Positions 24,501 to 38,981 of a stretch of 64,000 nucleotides of DNA are shown piece after piece. Position 1 is the first letter of the stretch, and each line of letters starts with the position of its first letter. Origin of the DNA: Vicugna vicugna (taxonomy: Eukaryota). The notes under the pieces are model-generated. The model made no database searches. It was not told the origin of the DNA and was given only the letters and a program-made list of their open reading frames with translations. Position numbers and translations under genes: made by a program. The DNA lies in assembly GCA_013265495.1 (NCBI GenBank), contig MU061578.1, positions 3,109,308-3,173,307 of the forward strand, read 5' to 3'.

Positions 24501-27500
24501 CCAACGAGCAGCCACCTGCCCCAGGAGGGCAGAATCCCGCTGCCCCGGAAAAGCGCCAGGAGAGAGATGGGATCTTGTTCCTGCTTCTTTTCTTTTTAGA
24601 CCCACGCATGGCCTCTACCCAGAGCTTCTCTCTCTAAGCAAATGCATGTATTTAGTTTTCAGATCACATACTGCACTTGTATATTCAAAAATAAGAAAGG
24701 TTACAAAGTTATAACCTTTATAACTAGATGAGTTTATTTTCCCCATTTCAGAGATGAGGAAACAGGATGAGGGCCACCCCACAAACAGGAGCAAGGGCCT
24801 GGGCCTGCTTCCTGGATACCAGCCCTACCTCTGCAGGCCTGTGCCCTCCATCCTGCATCTGTAAGAAGATAACATGTCCCAGGTCCCCGAACTAGAAGCC
24901 TCAGATCTACAGCCTTCCCTGACCAGACCATTCCCCAGAACAGCAGAACAGAGGCCTGAAGCAGCAGTTTGACCAGTGCAGGGCCTGTAAGGCCCACAAC
25001 TCAAGGCCACCTTGTTCCCTGCAAGGCCTGGGGTACCTGAGGGGAGGGAGTGTTCTAACTGTGAGATGAAAATTCAAGAGAGAGGATAAGAGAGTCAGAA
25101 GGCAGAACGAGGCCAGGCCCTCCGTCAGGGGCTACACTGGGGCCTCACTTTTTATCTTCCACACACTGGGCCTCACCAACAGGTTTGGGGAGGAGGACGT
25201 GATCTTGCATGGAAGGAAAAGCAGGGGACAGAGTGAGGGTCAGGTGGCCTGGCCAGGAGGGCGGGAGTTGCAGGAGGGAAGGCGGAGGGAAGGCAGCCTC
25301 TGATGAGCTACTCCAGCTGGGTTAACCGTGAGGCCTAAAGTTCACACCTTTTACTGTTAATGGAAACCCTGGAGGAAAAACAGGAAGAGCCAAGAAAGCA
25401 GCCTGGCTTCCAGCTTCACTTTGCTGTGCTCTGGCTGAGCTGCCCCCTAGCACAGCCCCGTCCTTGCAGAGTGCTGCCTCATTGTGCTTCTCAGCAAGGC
25501 CACCGAGGTGACATGGTGGCGACACCGCACTCACCATCAGCCCTTCACCGGGTGGATCACAGACGACACGGTCAGCACCCACGCTGACGGCTCCTCAGGA
25601 CGAGGGTCCAAGATGTCACAACACCCTAATCCACTCTTCCTCCCGCCCTCCGTGACTCAAGCATGAGAACGTGACCCGACGGATGCACTTGCTGGAGCTC
25701 ACTTCCTCCCGTCACACCTCCGCCCAGGACAACCTTCAGAGCTCCTGGAAACAAAATGGAGGCAGACGCTGACATGGCACACAGGCGAGATCCTTGCACA
25801 GATGGACATCGCCAGTGTCTGGGGCCCAGAGGACACCAAGCCCACTTCTGGATGCTCTACAAGTGAGCATCCCTGACCTGGTGGCATCCCCTCCTCCCCG
25901 CGTGGCCTGGATGGTCTACCAAGCTCCCTCCCCAACACAGACGGGCACTGTTGCGTGGACCACTGCAAGAGTCACTTGTGGTCACGTGTGGCCACTTCGT
26001 AACACAGTGCTCTCCCGCCACCCTCCACACCTGAGAACTGAGCTGCATGCACCCTGCTCTGAATGAAGCTTTGGTTCTAAATGTTCTTCAGGCTCCCATA
26101 ACTTTCCATTAAGAGTCAGTGAAAACGGTCTCGTCCCCTGAAAGTACCTAACAAATTGCTATCTGCCTGCTGTCAGCACACTGCAATCATCCACGCACCC
26201 AGCTAAGTGGGCTCACAGACCACATCAGCTAAACTAGCCACAAAGGGACAAATGCCTTAAAATGACTCTTAAGAGGTAAGAAGAGAACACCAATAATGCA
26301 ACACAGGCTAATGCAGTTTAAACTGGAAAACTACAAAGAGTTACAAATTTATACCGTGATAGTGTCATTTAGAGATTTAGAAAACAGGTCAAGCTTCCAC
26401 ACTGTCCCTTAAACACACACACTCGTAAATTCAAGAGACTTCAGGCTTGTAAATCTGCAAACCTGGAAATCAGGCCTTTCTCACCAAACACCTGAAGAGA
26501 ACATTGTTAAATCCACTTAATATAAAAATTAACAGCAAAAAAATCTAACACTGAAAAACCAAAAATTAACTGGCCAGCCCAGTCCCCCTGGTGTGAGGGA
26601 AGCTGCTCAGATTCTCTGACTGAGAAGGCAGCAGAGGGAGCTCTGTCACTAGGAGTCACCAAGAGCAGTGTCCAGATCTGCCTGTCCCACCCGCCACCCT
26701 TCTTCCTCCTCCTGCCACTCGAGGTCCCCTATCCTCACCAGAACCTACCCTCCACCCTTGGCCACACCACTGCAGTGGGTGGACATCACTGTGAAAAAGC
26801 ACAGCAGGCAACGGGCACAGGAGAGCACAAGCCACTCCGAAGGCCTCTGCTCCTGAGAGAGGGCACAGATGGCTGTGTACACAGCATAGGATGGCACGGC
26901 CTGCTGCTGAAAATCATCATGGCCACTTGGAGAGGCCAGCGCCCTTGTCTCCTGCAGTTGTGAAGGACGGAGGTGGCATTAACAGTGAACATGGACACTG
27001 GGTGATGGGCCAGGGATGACAGACACACACTCAGCAGTGCTACATGCACAGGCCTACGTGACCCTGAGACAGACACAAGCCTTCCACGAAGCACAGTAAG
27101 CCCACGCGGAGTCTGGACATTCTGGCCCACACCAGGGTCCACGGGAGATGCTCCCATAGCCACAAGCGCCTGCACCCCCTTGAGTCTCTCTTCAAAAAGG
27201 GTTGTGTCCTGTCCCACTGACCTGAGCCTGAATGCACAGCTGTGCTGCAGCCCTTGCACTGCCCTGACCATGGGTCTGGGTGGTGTGGCCACAGTGGCAG
27301 CGAGCAAACACAAGCTCCACTGCGGACCCAGCTCCCACTGGCCACACCACCCACTTGGCACACCACATGTGGCCTCAAGAATGTCCCCAGCACCACCTGT
27401 CCCTCCTCACGGCCTGTCTGTCCCTCAGAGCCCTCCCCATGCAGCTCCAGATATCTGGTCCCAGAGACCACCACTGGTTCAGGGAACCAGATCTGTGCTC

Positions 27501-28760
27501 AGCTCTGAGGGTCCTGGTGAGGCCCTTCAGCTTTCCGGCGTCCAGAGCACTGGCAGAGACAGTGAGAGGCAGAAACCCGTCTCAAAGCAGCACCAGCAGA
27601 AGGCAGGTGGGTGGTCTCGAGAGGCTGGATGATCCCCTTCAGAGCGTCATCCTCGTTCCCGAAGACCAGCTCCGCCAGAGCCCAGAGCACACAGCTGACC
27701 TCAGTCAAGGACTGGCCTCAGCCCCATTCACATCTGAGATGCACCCCCTTGTTCAGGGAAGGGACTCTGGCACCAGAGGGCAGGGGGACAGTCACTGGGC
27801 AGACAGAAATCACGGATCCCACTGCCACCAGCTTCTAGAAAGGTAAACCAAGGGTGTGGCCTAGGCTCTGGCATGCGCAGTCCTGTATTCCAGAGGAGGG
27901 GCACGTGGCCTTCACTGTCTCAGGGACCAGCAAAGAGCCTGCACACAGCCAGCCCAACACATCCAGGACCCTCTGCGTTGGTCAGCAGCCTCCATGGGGT
28001 GAGACTTTCAGCCAATTATCAGAGAGCGGTTGTCAACCGTACCAGGGATCAGCATGTGGACACCTCACCGATGATTTCAGTTACTCCAAGTGCACCTTCT
28101 TGTCTGGTCCCTCTGGAGCCTCCTGGGAATGAGGGGATGGTGGGGACAGGAGGAGGCTGGAAAGCTCAGGCAACGAGCACTGATGGGCGTCTGCTAAGGC
28201 ATGTGGGGATCCTGGGCCGGGTCATGAGCAGCTTCCAGACTGACTGGGCGACACTGTCCAGCCAGACTTCAGGGGTGAAAAGAAGCTCAACGAAAACAAT
28301 GTCACAGGCTGCTCACAGCCTGAGAGCACAGTCATAAACCACACACAACTTATGACATATACTGTTTTGATGAGACAAGCAGCAACTTGTACTAGAAACA
28401 GAGTGTCCATGTTACTCTCCTCAGCACCACAAAAACCACCAAGGGGGAAGGCCTGCTGGCTGAGCTCAGCCCTGCCAGGGTGTCACCTACCTGCACCCAC
28501 GGAACCAGCAGGCAGGGTACCCAAGCTCGGCCAGCACCTGTTACCCTGTGAGCACTCGCAGCAAGCAGCTTCCAATGACACCAGTGCCTCCACAGAGCCT
28601 GGACCTTGCTGACCTGAGTGACGGCGCCTGCGCAGGGGCCCACCTGTCATAGCCCCACAGAAGCAAACAGCTGGGCTCAGCCCACACCTTCAGGGAACCG
28701 GATACTGTGTGCCCTCTGGTTCTAAAAGCCCAGATCCCTGAGATGAAGGCACAAAAACTG

Positions 28761-29150
28761 CTTTTTAAAAACAGCTTTGCTGAGGTGTGACATACAATAA
28801 ACTGCACATAATTACAGAGGACAGAGTGAGGAGTTCTGACGCACATCCATACCCAGGAGGCCATCACCGTGGACCAAGATGTGAGGAGTCCTGCCTGTGT
28901 TCACCAGGAGGTCATCACCTTGACTGAGACAGCGAGGGCATCCATTCCGTAGTCTCCCTGCGCTCCTCTGTGATCCTGTCCAGCACCCTCCCCAACCACT
29001 GTCACCAGAGGTTAGTCTGTGGTTTCTAGAATTCTACAGAAATGGCACCAACAGGGAGCACATGCTCCCTTGTGTCTGGTTCACTCACTGGGTGCACTGC
29101 TTCCGAGACCCACACAAGATGCAGGCCATTCTCCACACCGACAGTCTGTT
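28761..29150 (-). mobile_element. Old L1 (L1M-type) 3' end
   Basis: tttttaaaaacagctttgctgaggtgtgacatacaataaactgcacata is a characteristic antisense L1M 3' terminus. Confidence 0.6.
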
Positions 29151-30329
29151 ACTTTCTTGCCAGGCAGAGCGGAGTAGAGGCACCACCTGCTAGGCAGTAG
29201 CCCCCAGGCTGGGCCTAGAGTTAAGGGGTGCATGGTGCCTCCTGGCCCTTCACTTTACCAACGGGAAGGAATGGGAGTCTAGACCCACGTCTAGTGGGGT
29301 GGGCTCTCAGACCTAAGCTCTTTCCTACCGCCCTCAAGGAGCCCTCAAGGAGCCAGCAGTGGAGTGAGGAGGTCACCACCCAAACCCAGACAGACATGGC
29401 CAGCCTTCACTCAGGCTCTGCCCAGCGTCCGCTTGTTACTCACAGGCCCGTCCCTCAGGAGGAAGGAATGAGGGCCCACCTCCTAACAAAGCAACTCACT
29501 CCAACAGCTTTGTCTTCTCACACTACAGCAACTTCAAAACCACAAAGAAATGACTGAGACAAAGGTACTAGATGGTTAAGATGGACGTTTCCTCGTTTCT
29601 GACTAACCTCTATGCAAAATGCAGAGCAATGACCCACACGTAAGATGTGCTTTTCTGAGCCACAGTGACATTTAAGTGCACGATGTCCACATTCACACAG
29701 ATGCTGTTACTTATAAAACAAATAATTTGCTATCTTTGCAACCAAAGGTGAAAAAGTTTATACTAAAAAATGGGATAGAAATCAGGCCAACGTCAACTAT
29801 AAAAATCTCTATTGTACATCCTCCATGCAAAATGAGAAATTTGGCTTCTATGCAAATGATCAGCCAAGGTTAGCAGAGCCCCCAACAAGCCCCCATCTAC
29901 ACAAGGATTGTGCGCTCTGTTTAGATGACAGACACTTGGGGTCACTGCTGGGGGCAGGAACAGGTGATATCAGAGGCTGAACAGGCACCAAAGGGCATGC
30001 ACACTGCCTCTGTGACAAAGCTCAGAGATAACTCAGGATGGAGGAGATGCAAGGCTGAGAGAATGAGTCACCTGGCGGCATCAGGTGGGAGCTGCCTGCT
30101 CAGTCATCACATTACCTGTGTCATGAATTTGCCTTCTGGCTCCACATTCTGTAAGGCATTTTATTTATTTTCATTACCAGCTGGCACATCCCACCCATTA
30201 CTATGAATAAACTCTGAATAGCACAACACATCAAAAGCCACTTAAGGTCACAATCCAACAGCAGAACAGGAGGATATCTGTTCTACGGAACAGGCACAGC
30301 ACAGACTGGGCATGGTGGCTGCTCACACC

Positions 30330-30570
30330 TGCCTGCTAAGAGGCAGACAGTGAAGAATCCTGGCTCCAAAATGGCCCCAGGGCCCAATCCCCCTTTACCA
30401 CCACTTGTCAGCTACTGACCTGGGGTAACGTCACCATTCCTCCCGCAAAGTGGAACGACATGGTCGCCTCTTTGAAAGGGTTCTGAACATCCTACGGAAT
30501 AGCACACACAAAGTGCTGCCAAGGGCCAGACAATGCAGAAAGCCCTCAATACAGATGAGCAACTATGTGT
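30330..30570 (+). mobile_element. MIR SINE remnant
   Basis: ccaccacttgtcagctactgacctgggg...aaagtgct...ccctcaatacagatgagcaact resembles the MIR core and 3' end. Confidence 0.5.
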
Positions 30571-32162
30571 CCTGCACAGGATCCCTCACATGGAGCAGGA
30601 GACAGGCTGGGTGGCAGAAGTTTTGGGTCACAGTTAAATCCCACAGTTCCACTAATTTTCCATAAGAGTCAGCATGAATGCCTAAGCAGATTCAAGGCTC
30701 CAAGAAGTCAGAATAATACTCATAGGAAGCCATGACACACAGAAGAGAAAGTGGGGGGTGAGGGTATCCCCATTTGGTATCATTTCCTTTCTGCCACAAT
30801 TCTTATATGGGGCTACACTACTCAAACCAGTAACTCTTTAAAATAACTGCTGAAGATTCACATTATGAGTTACATGAATTAGGAGCCCACTTTCACAGGG
30901 AGATTCTAGAGGAATCTACATAGAACAGTGCTATCTCTGAGCAGTGGGATGCCAGATCATTTTTTACTTAACCAAATTTTTAAATTTTCCTGCACCAAAT
31001 ACATTTCTTATATAACTGATGATAATGTGTCTGGATATTCATTGCTGCAGAGCAGCTGTTGAAATGTATGGAACAATATACATGAAGAGCACTTTGAAAA
31101 TCACAAAGTATTGTACAGAAGTCACCTATAGAACGTCCCCACAAGGGCTTCAAGTGGTAACTAACCAAACCAGAAGCCCCATTCCCCTCTGCTGGGTTAC
31201 TGCACATTTAAATAGGCTTTGCTCTGCTAATGGCCATTTTCTCCAATGTCAGCAGAAGTCTCTTTGGGGCCTGGACTTATACAAATGTTTTACATTAGGT
31301 TTTTAGGTTACATGGATCTGATGGAGAGGAACTTTATGTAGTAGTGTTTAAAAACTGGAACATGATGTTTCACAGAATGTGCCATCTTGATTTTTAACGA
31401 GTCATTCTCATTTCAATGGCAGGGCCTGCTGGAATACCCTCCCCTGGAGACTCCAGCCTGGACCCCTGGAACAGAAGCTCTGAGGACTCTACCAGTCCCA
31501 AAGAAGAAGTGCCAGTCACACTTCATAAACTCAAACAAGTCATGACTGCGATAAACATTTACAAGTGGCAACTCCCAACAAATTGTAGGCAATTTAGAGT
31601 AATTTACAGAGATACTATCTGTGCCTATTTCTGAGGTCTTTCAAACTGAGCTAGAGACTCTTGGACATAGGTCCCCGCTGATTTCAAAATAGCAGATCCC
31701 ATGGCCGACCCATGATCTCTTTAACACAGGCCTCAATCAGTCATCAGTCAAGAACCTGAAATGAGGCACAGAGGCTTATAGCTGCAACCCCGAGGTCCCA
31801 CAAAACTCTGCTTAGGAGACTGGTTTTCAGTGAAGCTACAACATCAAATCAGTGACTTCTAAAAACATGGCTTATTAAAAATTTTAAAACATCTGCTTAT
31901 GAACCTAGTCAAAGTCAAATTTCTGATCATAAAATAGAATGACTTGTTCTCGTGATGCAATTCAGAAATCAGGAACTCCAAGCCTCATGTCACTCTTTCC
32001 CTTCACAGCATCACCCTCAGTTCCTCTCTGAGCTCACAGAGCGCATGGCAGCCCTATACCCACACAACACACGTTTCCTCGACTCAGCACATACAAGAAG
32101 TGTGTTCAGAAAATGAAAACTTGAGGGAAAAAGTCTGCAATTATTTTTTCTAAGAGTTATTT

Positions 32163-32303
32163 GGAAACTATATTCAATATCTTATAATAACCTATAATAA
32201 AAAATAGGAAAATAAATATATGTATATGTTGGTCTGAAACATTACATTGTACACCAGAAATTGACACACTGTAAACCGATTATACTTCAATATTAAAAAA
32301 AAA
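32163..32303 (+). mobile_element. Short L1 3' end with poly(A) tail
   Basis: gaaactatattcaatatcttataataacctataat...tgtacaccagaaattgacacactgtaaa...tatacttcaa then A-run; same family as 13169-13377. Confidence 0.85.
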
Positions 32304-34490
32304 GGTATTGGATTTTTCCACCTGTGAACTTTCCTTTCACAATGTTTCAAAAGGATTTTCTTTTTAAAAGAGCTTCACTGTATCCATATGAACTTAACAA
32401 GACCACCTTGTGAGGAAGCCCAACTACGTTGAGATACACCCAATGTTCCGTATGTACATAGAATGTATAGTGATGACTAGACCTTGTGGCAACAAATGGC
32501 CTGGGCTGCTTTTACTTGCCAGTCTTTTTGTTCACAGGGGAATGATTTATCTTTAAATTATCTCCAGCACAACTGCATGTGGCACCACAAAGCAAATGAA
32601 ATTTCAAAGAAACAAGGTGCAAGTCTGACATTCCTTCAATGCTGTGATGACCAACAATGTGTCTCTGTTGCTGGCCTAAGCCTGGTTCTGATGGCTACCT
32701 CAGAGCAGAGCACCAGGCCTGATCAGGCCAGTGTCCCTGGAAGGCTGCGTGGAGGGTGAGGCACAGCCACGTCACTGATGGGAACACCTGGGCAGGGTGG
32801 GGGGATGGTGCAAGGGCTCCAGCACAGGTGCATCTGAGGGTCTGTTTTCTGTCCCCAGCAACAGTGTTGGTGACACGGGCTCCAACAGGGGCATCCTTCA
32901 CATCATGTCCAGCGGGTACATGTGTCCCACACACATGGCACATGCAGGGCTGAGCCAATCTGGTCTGCTCCCTGGGTAACACTACATCCACCAGGGCCCT
33001 GATCTGTCTCTCATTTGGGCTAGTTTGCTATGTTTACACTCTGCCCCAACAATGAACTTGGCCACTCATCCATCCAGTCAACTCTGTCACATGGGGAATG
33101 GGGCAAAAGTGGATGAGAGCAATGTAATTCAGAACACAAAGAAAATCCTAAAGATGTTTACAGTAATTAGCAAAGTCATCTTTACACCTGAAAAATGAAT
33201 GCATATGTAACAGATCTAGAGCTCACCCTCAATGTATATATACCACAGTCTGTGATGGACCTAATTTTTTAGGTCACGTCCATTCCTCTTAAGAATATTC
33301 CTACTTTAAAATGCATTAAGCATTAAAAATAGAAGAATATGTTCATATTAATTTGTAGCTGCATAAAGACACTTTGGAAGGACACATAATTATTCAGATT
33401 ATTTACCTTTAAGCAGTATTGAGGGGGCAAATGGGGTAGGTGTTTGGTTCTTGAGAAATACTTGCATTTTATAACCTAGGGAGCATATACTTTGACTTCC
33501 ACTTGTGCACCTGACTATAGCAGGCCCTTGCCGTGGTCTGTAGAAGGGACACCCCTGAAGAACACAGCTCTCCAGACAAGTGCCATGGACACCACAGGGC
33601 AGAACAGCCTCTGGGCCCAGAGGCCATGTGAAGGCAGGTCTGGAGAAACAGGGACACACCTGTAAATACTCAGCTCTTCGTAGATTTTTCTGACTTTTAA
33701 AACCACGCAACAGAACTATCTGACGTCAGGGTTCATCTAAATCAAGCTCTAAAAAAACAGCTGATAAGTAAAATAAAGTGAGCTTTGGACTTCCACATGC
33801 TGCATACCAAACCACCTGTGAGGACAATTAGACAAAGATGTTTTAATCTGTTTTAAGACACCAGAGCACTACCAAGGCAATGAGGTCCTAAGGGGCCAAA
33901 GCACTAGAGATAAATGGTAAGTCATATCCATAGTCCCACTTCTCTCCTTGACGTTCTCCAGCAATGACTAATAGGCTGAAAATGAAAGGCAAACTTCCAG
34001 AATTCTTAAGTGGGTGCTCATCGTATACCAAAGATGTGGGCCCTGGTGAAGACCCCAGGCTTTCAGTCAGGACCCCAAGGGGCTATATCCAAGGAGAAGG
34101 CATATAGCAGCCTGCCCAAAGAGTAAAGCCCAGTGTTCCATCAGATGCGTTCCAGGCTAGAACAAGGTGATTGGTCCCCACACTAAAGTCCAGTCAGAAA
34201 CAAAAGTAAACTCACACTGAAGAAAAATATGATTAGGAATTTCAAAGAATCTCTAAACTGTTCGTATACAATGTCTGGTATTCAATAAAAAATTGCCTAA
34301 CATATGAGGAGATGGGACCAACTGACTCAAGAACAAGAAAAAAAACAGACAATAGAAACAGAAGCACAAAATACCCCCATTTAAAAAGTACAGGACATTA
34401 AAATGCATGTGATTAATGTGTTCAGCAAGTTAAAAGACAAGTTGGAGAGTTTGAGCAGAGAACTGAATATTAAAAAAAAAAGGAATCAGC

Positions 34491-34577
34491 AGGGAGGCTA
34501 TAGCTCAGTGGTACATATGCTTAGCATGCATGAGGTCCTGAGTTCAATATCCGGTACCTCCATTTAAAAAAAAAAAA
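34491..34577 (+). mobile_element. tRNA-derived SINE (Vic-1-like), plus orientation
   Basis: gggaggctatagctcagtggta...cttagcatgcatgaggtcctgagttcaat...ggtacctccatttaaaaaaaa. Confidence 0.87.
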
Positions 34578-35552
34578 GTCAAATGAACATTCTAGAATGG
34601 AAAAATACAACAGAAGTTAAGAACTCAACAGAGAGGCCTAATAGAAGGGTACATACAATGGAAGAGAAATTAGTGTAATGTAGAAAGGTCTGAAAAATAC
34701 ATATACTGAAGTATGGGGAGGAAAAAAAAGACAGAAACTACTGTAAAGGCTTAAAAAGAAGAAAAGTCTAACACAGGAGTAACTGGAATCCCAAAAGGAG
34801 AGGAGAGGAGAGAGAGAGAGAGAAACAGAGCAGAAGCAATATTTGAAAAGCTAGCTAACAGAGAATTTCCCCAAATTCATGAAAATCATCAAGCCACAGA
34901 TTCCAAAAGTACTTCAAACCTCAAGCAAGATAAACAAACATGACAGAAAAACTTCAGTAGTTTTACCAAAGACAAAGAAGAAAATCTTAACAGTGTGACC
35001 AAAAAGTAACAAATTACCTCAATGGTACAGCAGTGAGATTGACTTCACAGACACAGTGGCGTCCAGAAGGCAGAGGAACCAAGCCTAAAGGGTCAACCTC
35101 AGGTTCTGTGCCCATCAAGAGCTTTCTTCAAAAGTTGAAGTGAAATAAAGACATTTTCAGGCTATCAAAAACTGAGAATTCATCACCAGTAACTATACAC
35201 CAAAAGAAATACTAAATAGAGTTCCACGTGGAGAAGAAAAATGACCCCAAATGGGACACTTAGAGAAACAGGAACAAATAAAATGAAATGGGATGGGGAA
35301 ATATTTGAGTAAATCTAAGTTTAAGTACTGACTGTACAAAAATAATGATCATGTCTTAAGGAATTTAAAATACATATACAAATAAAATAAACAAACGCAA
35401 AAAGAGCAATGGGGGAGTATGTAATTGGTGTGAGTTTAACCCTGAGTCTTTGCAATTTCCAGTAAGTGACAAGAACCAACTTACATTATACTCGAATAGG
35501 TCAGGGAGGCATGCTACCATCTCTAGAGCAACCACTTAAAAAGCAGTATGCA

Positions 35553-37050
35553 TTCAGCATCACCAAACCAGCTTTACAATAAATGTTAAAGGAACTTCTC
35601 TAGTCATCAAACCATAATAAAAGAGAACAAAAAGAAGAGAAAAAAAAAAGACCTAAAAAAAAATTGCTTTGGCAATTTGGGGGTCTTTTGTGGTTCCATT
35701 TAAATTTTGGAAATGTTTATTCTAGTTCTGTGAAAAATGTTGTATTTTGAAAGGGGTTGCACTGGATCTGTAGACTGCTTTGGGTAGTATGGCCATTTTT
35801 GATAATGTTGATTCCTCCAATCCAAGAGCACAAGATATCTTTCCATTTCTTTGTATCATCTTCAATTTCCTTCATCAACATTTTAGTTTTCAGAGAATAG
35901 GTAACCTCCTTGGTCAAGTTTATTTCTAGGTATTTTGTTGTTTTTGATGCAACGGAAATGTATATGCCAGTTAAAAAATACTGGTTTTTGAAGCAAAACA
36001 AAAACAAAAACAAAAAACAACGAAGGGCCGCAAATGACAAAATATCCTTTTTATGGGTGAGTTGTATTCCATTGCATATATATGCTACATCTTCTTTATC
36101 CATTCATCTATTGATGTGTACTTAGGATGCTTCCATACTTTGGCAATTATAAATAACACTGTTAATAGCAGACTGTGTGTATCTTTTTGGATTAATGTTT
36201 TTGTTCTTCTCGGATGTATGCCCAGGTGTGGAATTGCTGGGCCATATGGTGGTTCTATTTTTAGATTTTTGAGAAACCTCCATATTGTTTTCCATAGTGG
36301 CTGCACCAATTTACATTCCGACCAACAGTGTACAAGGGTTCCCTTTTCTCCACACCCTCTCCAACATATGTTATTTGTGTTCTTTTTGATGATGGCCATT
36401 CTGACAGGTGTGACATGGTGTCTCATTGTGATTTTGATTTGCATTTCCCTGATATTAGTTATGTTGAGCAGCTTTTCATGTTCCTGTTGGCCATTTGCAT
36501 TTTCTCTTTTGGAAAAATGCCTGTTCAGTTCTTCTGCCCATATTTTAAATGGGTTGTTTGTTTGCTTTTTAATGAAAGTACAGTTGATTTAAAATCTCAT
36601 ATTAGTTTCTGGTGTACAGCATGGATGGAATTGGAGGGCATTATGTTAAGTGAAATAAATCAGAGAAAGACAAATACTGTAAGATATCACTTACATTGTG
36701 AAATCTAAAAAAAACACAACAAATTAGTGAATATAACAGAAAAGAAACAAACTCACAGATGTAGAGAAGGAACTAGTGGTCACCAGTTGGGGAAGGGGAG
36801 GGGAGTGGCAAGACGGAGGTAGAGGATTAAGAGGTACAAACTATTAGGTATAAAATAAGCTACAAGTATGTATTGTACAACATGGGGAATACAGTCAATA
36901 TATTATAACTATAAATGGAATATAACCTTTAAAAATTGTGACTTACTATATTGTATACCTGCAACATATAACACTGTACATCAACTATACCTCAATTTTT
37001 TAAATATATTGTAAAATAAATACAAAAATACATTTTAAAAATGAAAAAAA
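35553..37050. mobile_element. Younger rearranged (5'-inverted) L1 nested in the ancient L1
   Basis: Antisense ORF2 C-terminal segments (minus-strand ORFs with KYLEINLTKEV...DILCSWIG and [26 protein letters not shown]), then sense 3' UTR from ~36617 to an A-rich tail; approximate TSD aaaaagcagtatgca / aaaaagtagtacaca. Confidence 0.88.
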
Positions 37051-37327
37051 GTAGTACACAAATGTATAACAAGCTAATAGAGGGGGGAATTTGAATAATA
37101 AAAAAATAATCCGAAAGAAAGCAAGAAAGGAGAAAAAGGAGAAACAAACAGAACATACAACTTAAGAGACAGTTTTAAATCCAAATATATTGGTAATGAC
37201 ATTAACTAAACCAACTATATATGTCACCTAAGAGAGAGAATCTGGATTTTTAAAAACTAGACATATCTAGCTTATAAAAGAGAAATAACTTGAAGAATTC
37301 AGAAAATCTGAAAATTAAAGATTGAGG

Positions 37328-37503
37328 TCTCATTACAAGAAAAAAAGATTTTATAACTACAAATGGTGACAGATGTTAACTAGACTTAAACAATGGTGAT
37401 CATTTCACACTAAATACAAATACAAATCGTTATGCTGTACACGTGAAACTAATACAATGTACTTCAATTATATCCCCAATACATAAATAAGTAAATAAAT
37501 AAA
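37328..37503 (+). mobile_element. Short L1 (L1MA-like) 3' end
   Basis: ggtgacagatgttaactagactt...ggtgatcatttcac...tatgctgtacacgtgaaactaataca then A-rich tail. Confidence 0.75.
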
Positions 37504-38319
37504 AGGCTGGAAAAAACATAAATCATGCAAATACTAATAGAAGAAAGTTGGGGTAGCTATACCAATATCACACAAAGTAGGCTTTAAAGCAAAAAGCATT
37601 ATTAGACATAAAGAGAGAGATTTTATAATAAAAAGGTCAATCTACATGGAACATGTAATGACTCTAAATTTGTAAGCATTTAAACTATGGACTCAAAAAA
37701 CAAAGAGCAAAACTTGACAGAAAAAAAGAAAACAAATAGACAAATCCACATTCATAATGGGAGATTTCAGCCATTAAGTTCAGCCTTGACAGTCAGTGGT
37801 TAGCGGTGTGTTGAAACACATGAGCCACAGCTTGTTGCTGGAAAGTTAATAAAAGGAATCAGATAGAATCTCTCACTTCATCTGACTGTTTTTTAATTTA
37901 TCAAAGGTGAGAGGCCAAAAAAGGTAAAAACCAATGCAGAGGTAGCCACTGGCCAGGACATAAACCACAGCGGAAGCAGCACCTTCCTTAATAAAGATGG
38001 CATCCCAGGGAGATGCTGTGAACGCTGGGCTTGGGTGCACAAAGCCATCCAACTCCGCACTCCCTGCAGGTGTTTTCTAGTAACCAGAGTCATTCCAATT
38101 TAGTGCATACTCATCAAGAGCAGACCTGCAAGACCTCACCTAAAGCCACGGATACAAGTAAGACTAAGACACAATCCCTTCTCAAAGGGCTGTGAGCTCT
38201 TTCAACATGCTGTTACCATCTCCCAGCACCACCACAACCTGGGGTTACCAGTAACCTCCACGTTGCTGACCGTGATGACATCAGTCCCCATCCTACTTCA
38301 TCCACCAGCAGTGCTGACG

Positions 38320-38981
38320 GCCAGTCATCCCATCTTTCTTGACACACGCCCTTCACTTGGGCTCCACTGGTGTCTCCCTCCTCACTGGCCAGGTCTCCTC
38401 AGGCTCTGTGCTGCTTCCGTCCTTTCTCAAGCTGTCAGCCATGGAGTGTCACTGGCCCCCTTCTCGTCCCTGTCTACATCCACTCACTGAGGACATCAAC
38501 AAGGTCAGGGCTCTAAATACCATCAACATACTGACAATCTGACCATGGCTTTATAACCCAGTCTCAGAAATGTCAAGTCACCTCTCTGAGCTCATCTCCT
38601 ATTCCTCACCCCTCACTCCCTCTGCTCCAGCTCTGTTGACTTTCTTACTTTTCAGATCCTGCTCTCCCCTCTGCATAGAATCACCTTCCTCCGGGTACAC
38701 GGTTTGTGCTCTCACCTCCTTCAGGTGTTGCTCAAAACCCATTCTCTCAAATGAGACCCTCTCTGGCCACTCTTGCTAAAACTGCCATCCTCCCTCTGTA
38801 CCACCTTAAACTTCACCATCTGAAATGCTCTGTTTTAGTTGCTTTGTCATCATGTGTGTGTCCTCCCTGTTGAAGAGTAAGCTCCATGACTGGAGGGACT
38901 TTTATCTGCTTTGTTCACTAGTAAATCTGCAGCTTCTGGAGAGTATCTGGCACACGGAGGGCACTCAATGAATGAATGAAT
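38320..38981 (+). mobile_element. L2 LINE 3' portion
   Basis: gtaagctccatga...ggactttatctgctttgttcact...tggcacacggagggcactcaatgaatgaatgaat, the typical L2 terminus. Confidence 0.8.

Larger units (their letters stand above)
33770..37770 (+). mobile_element. Ancient L1 (ORF1 and ORF2 endonuclease remnants) interrupted by younger insertions
   Basis: A-rich ORF1-like sequence at 34200-35300; 37503-37770 reads as degenerate L1 endonuclease (KGWKK..HAN..K.GVAI.IS.KV.FK...DKSTFIMGDF). Confidence 0.75.

Noticed and set aside
34491..34577. tRNA-like A and B boxes suggesting a tRNA gene
   Set aside because: A-rich tail, internal deletion and multiple diverged copies show it is a SINE
36085..36444. 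119-aa ORF with a Cys-rich motif
   Set aside because: It is the L1 ORF2 C-terminal domain within a truncated, inverted element, not a host gene
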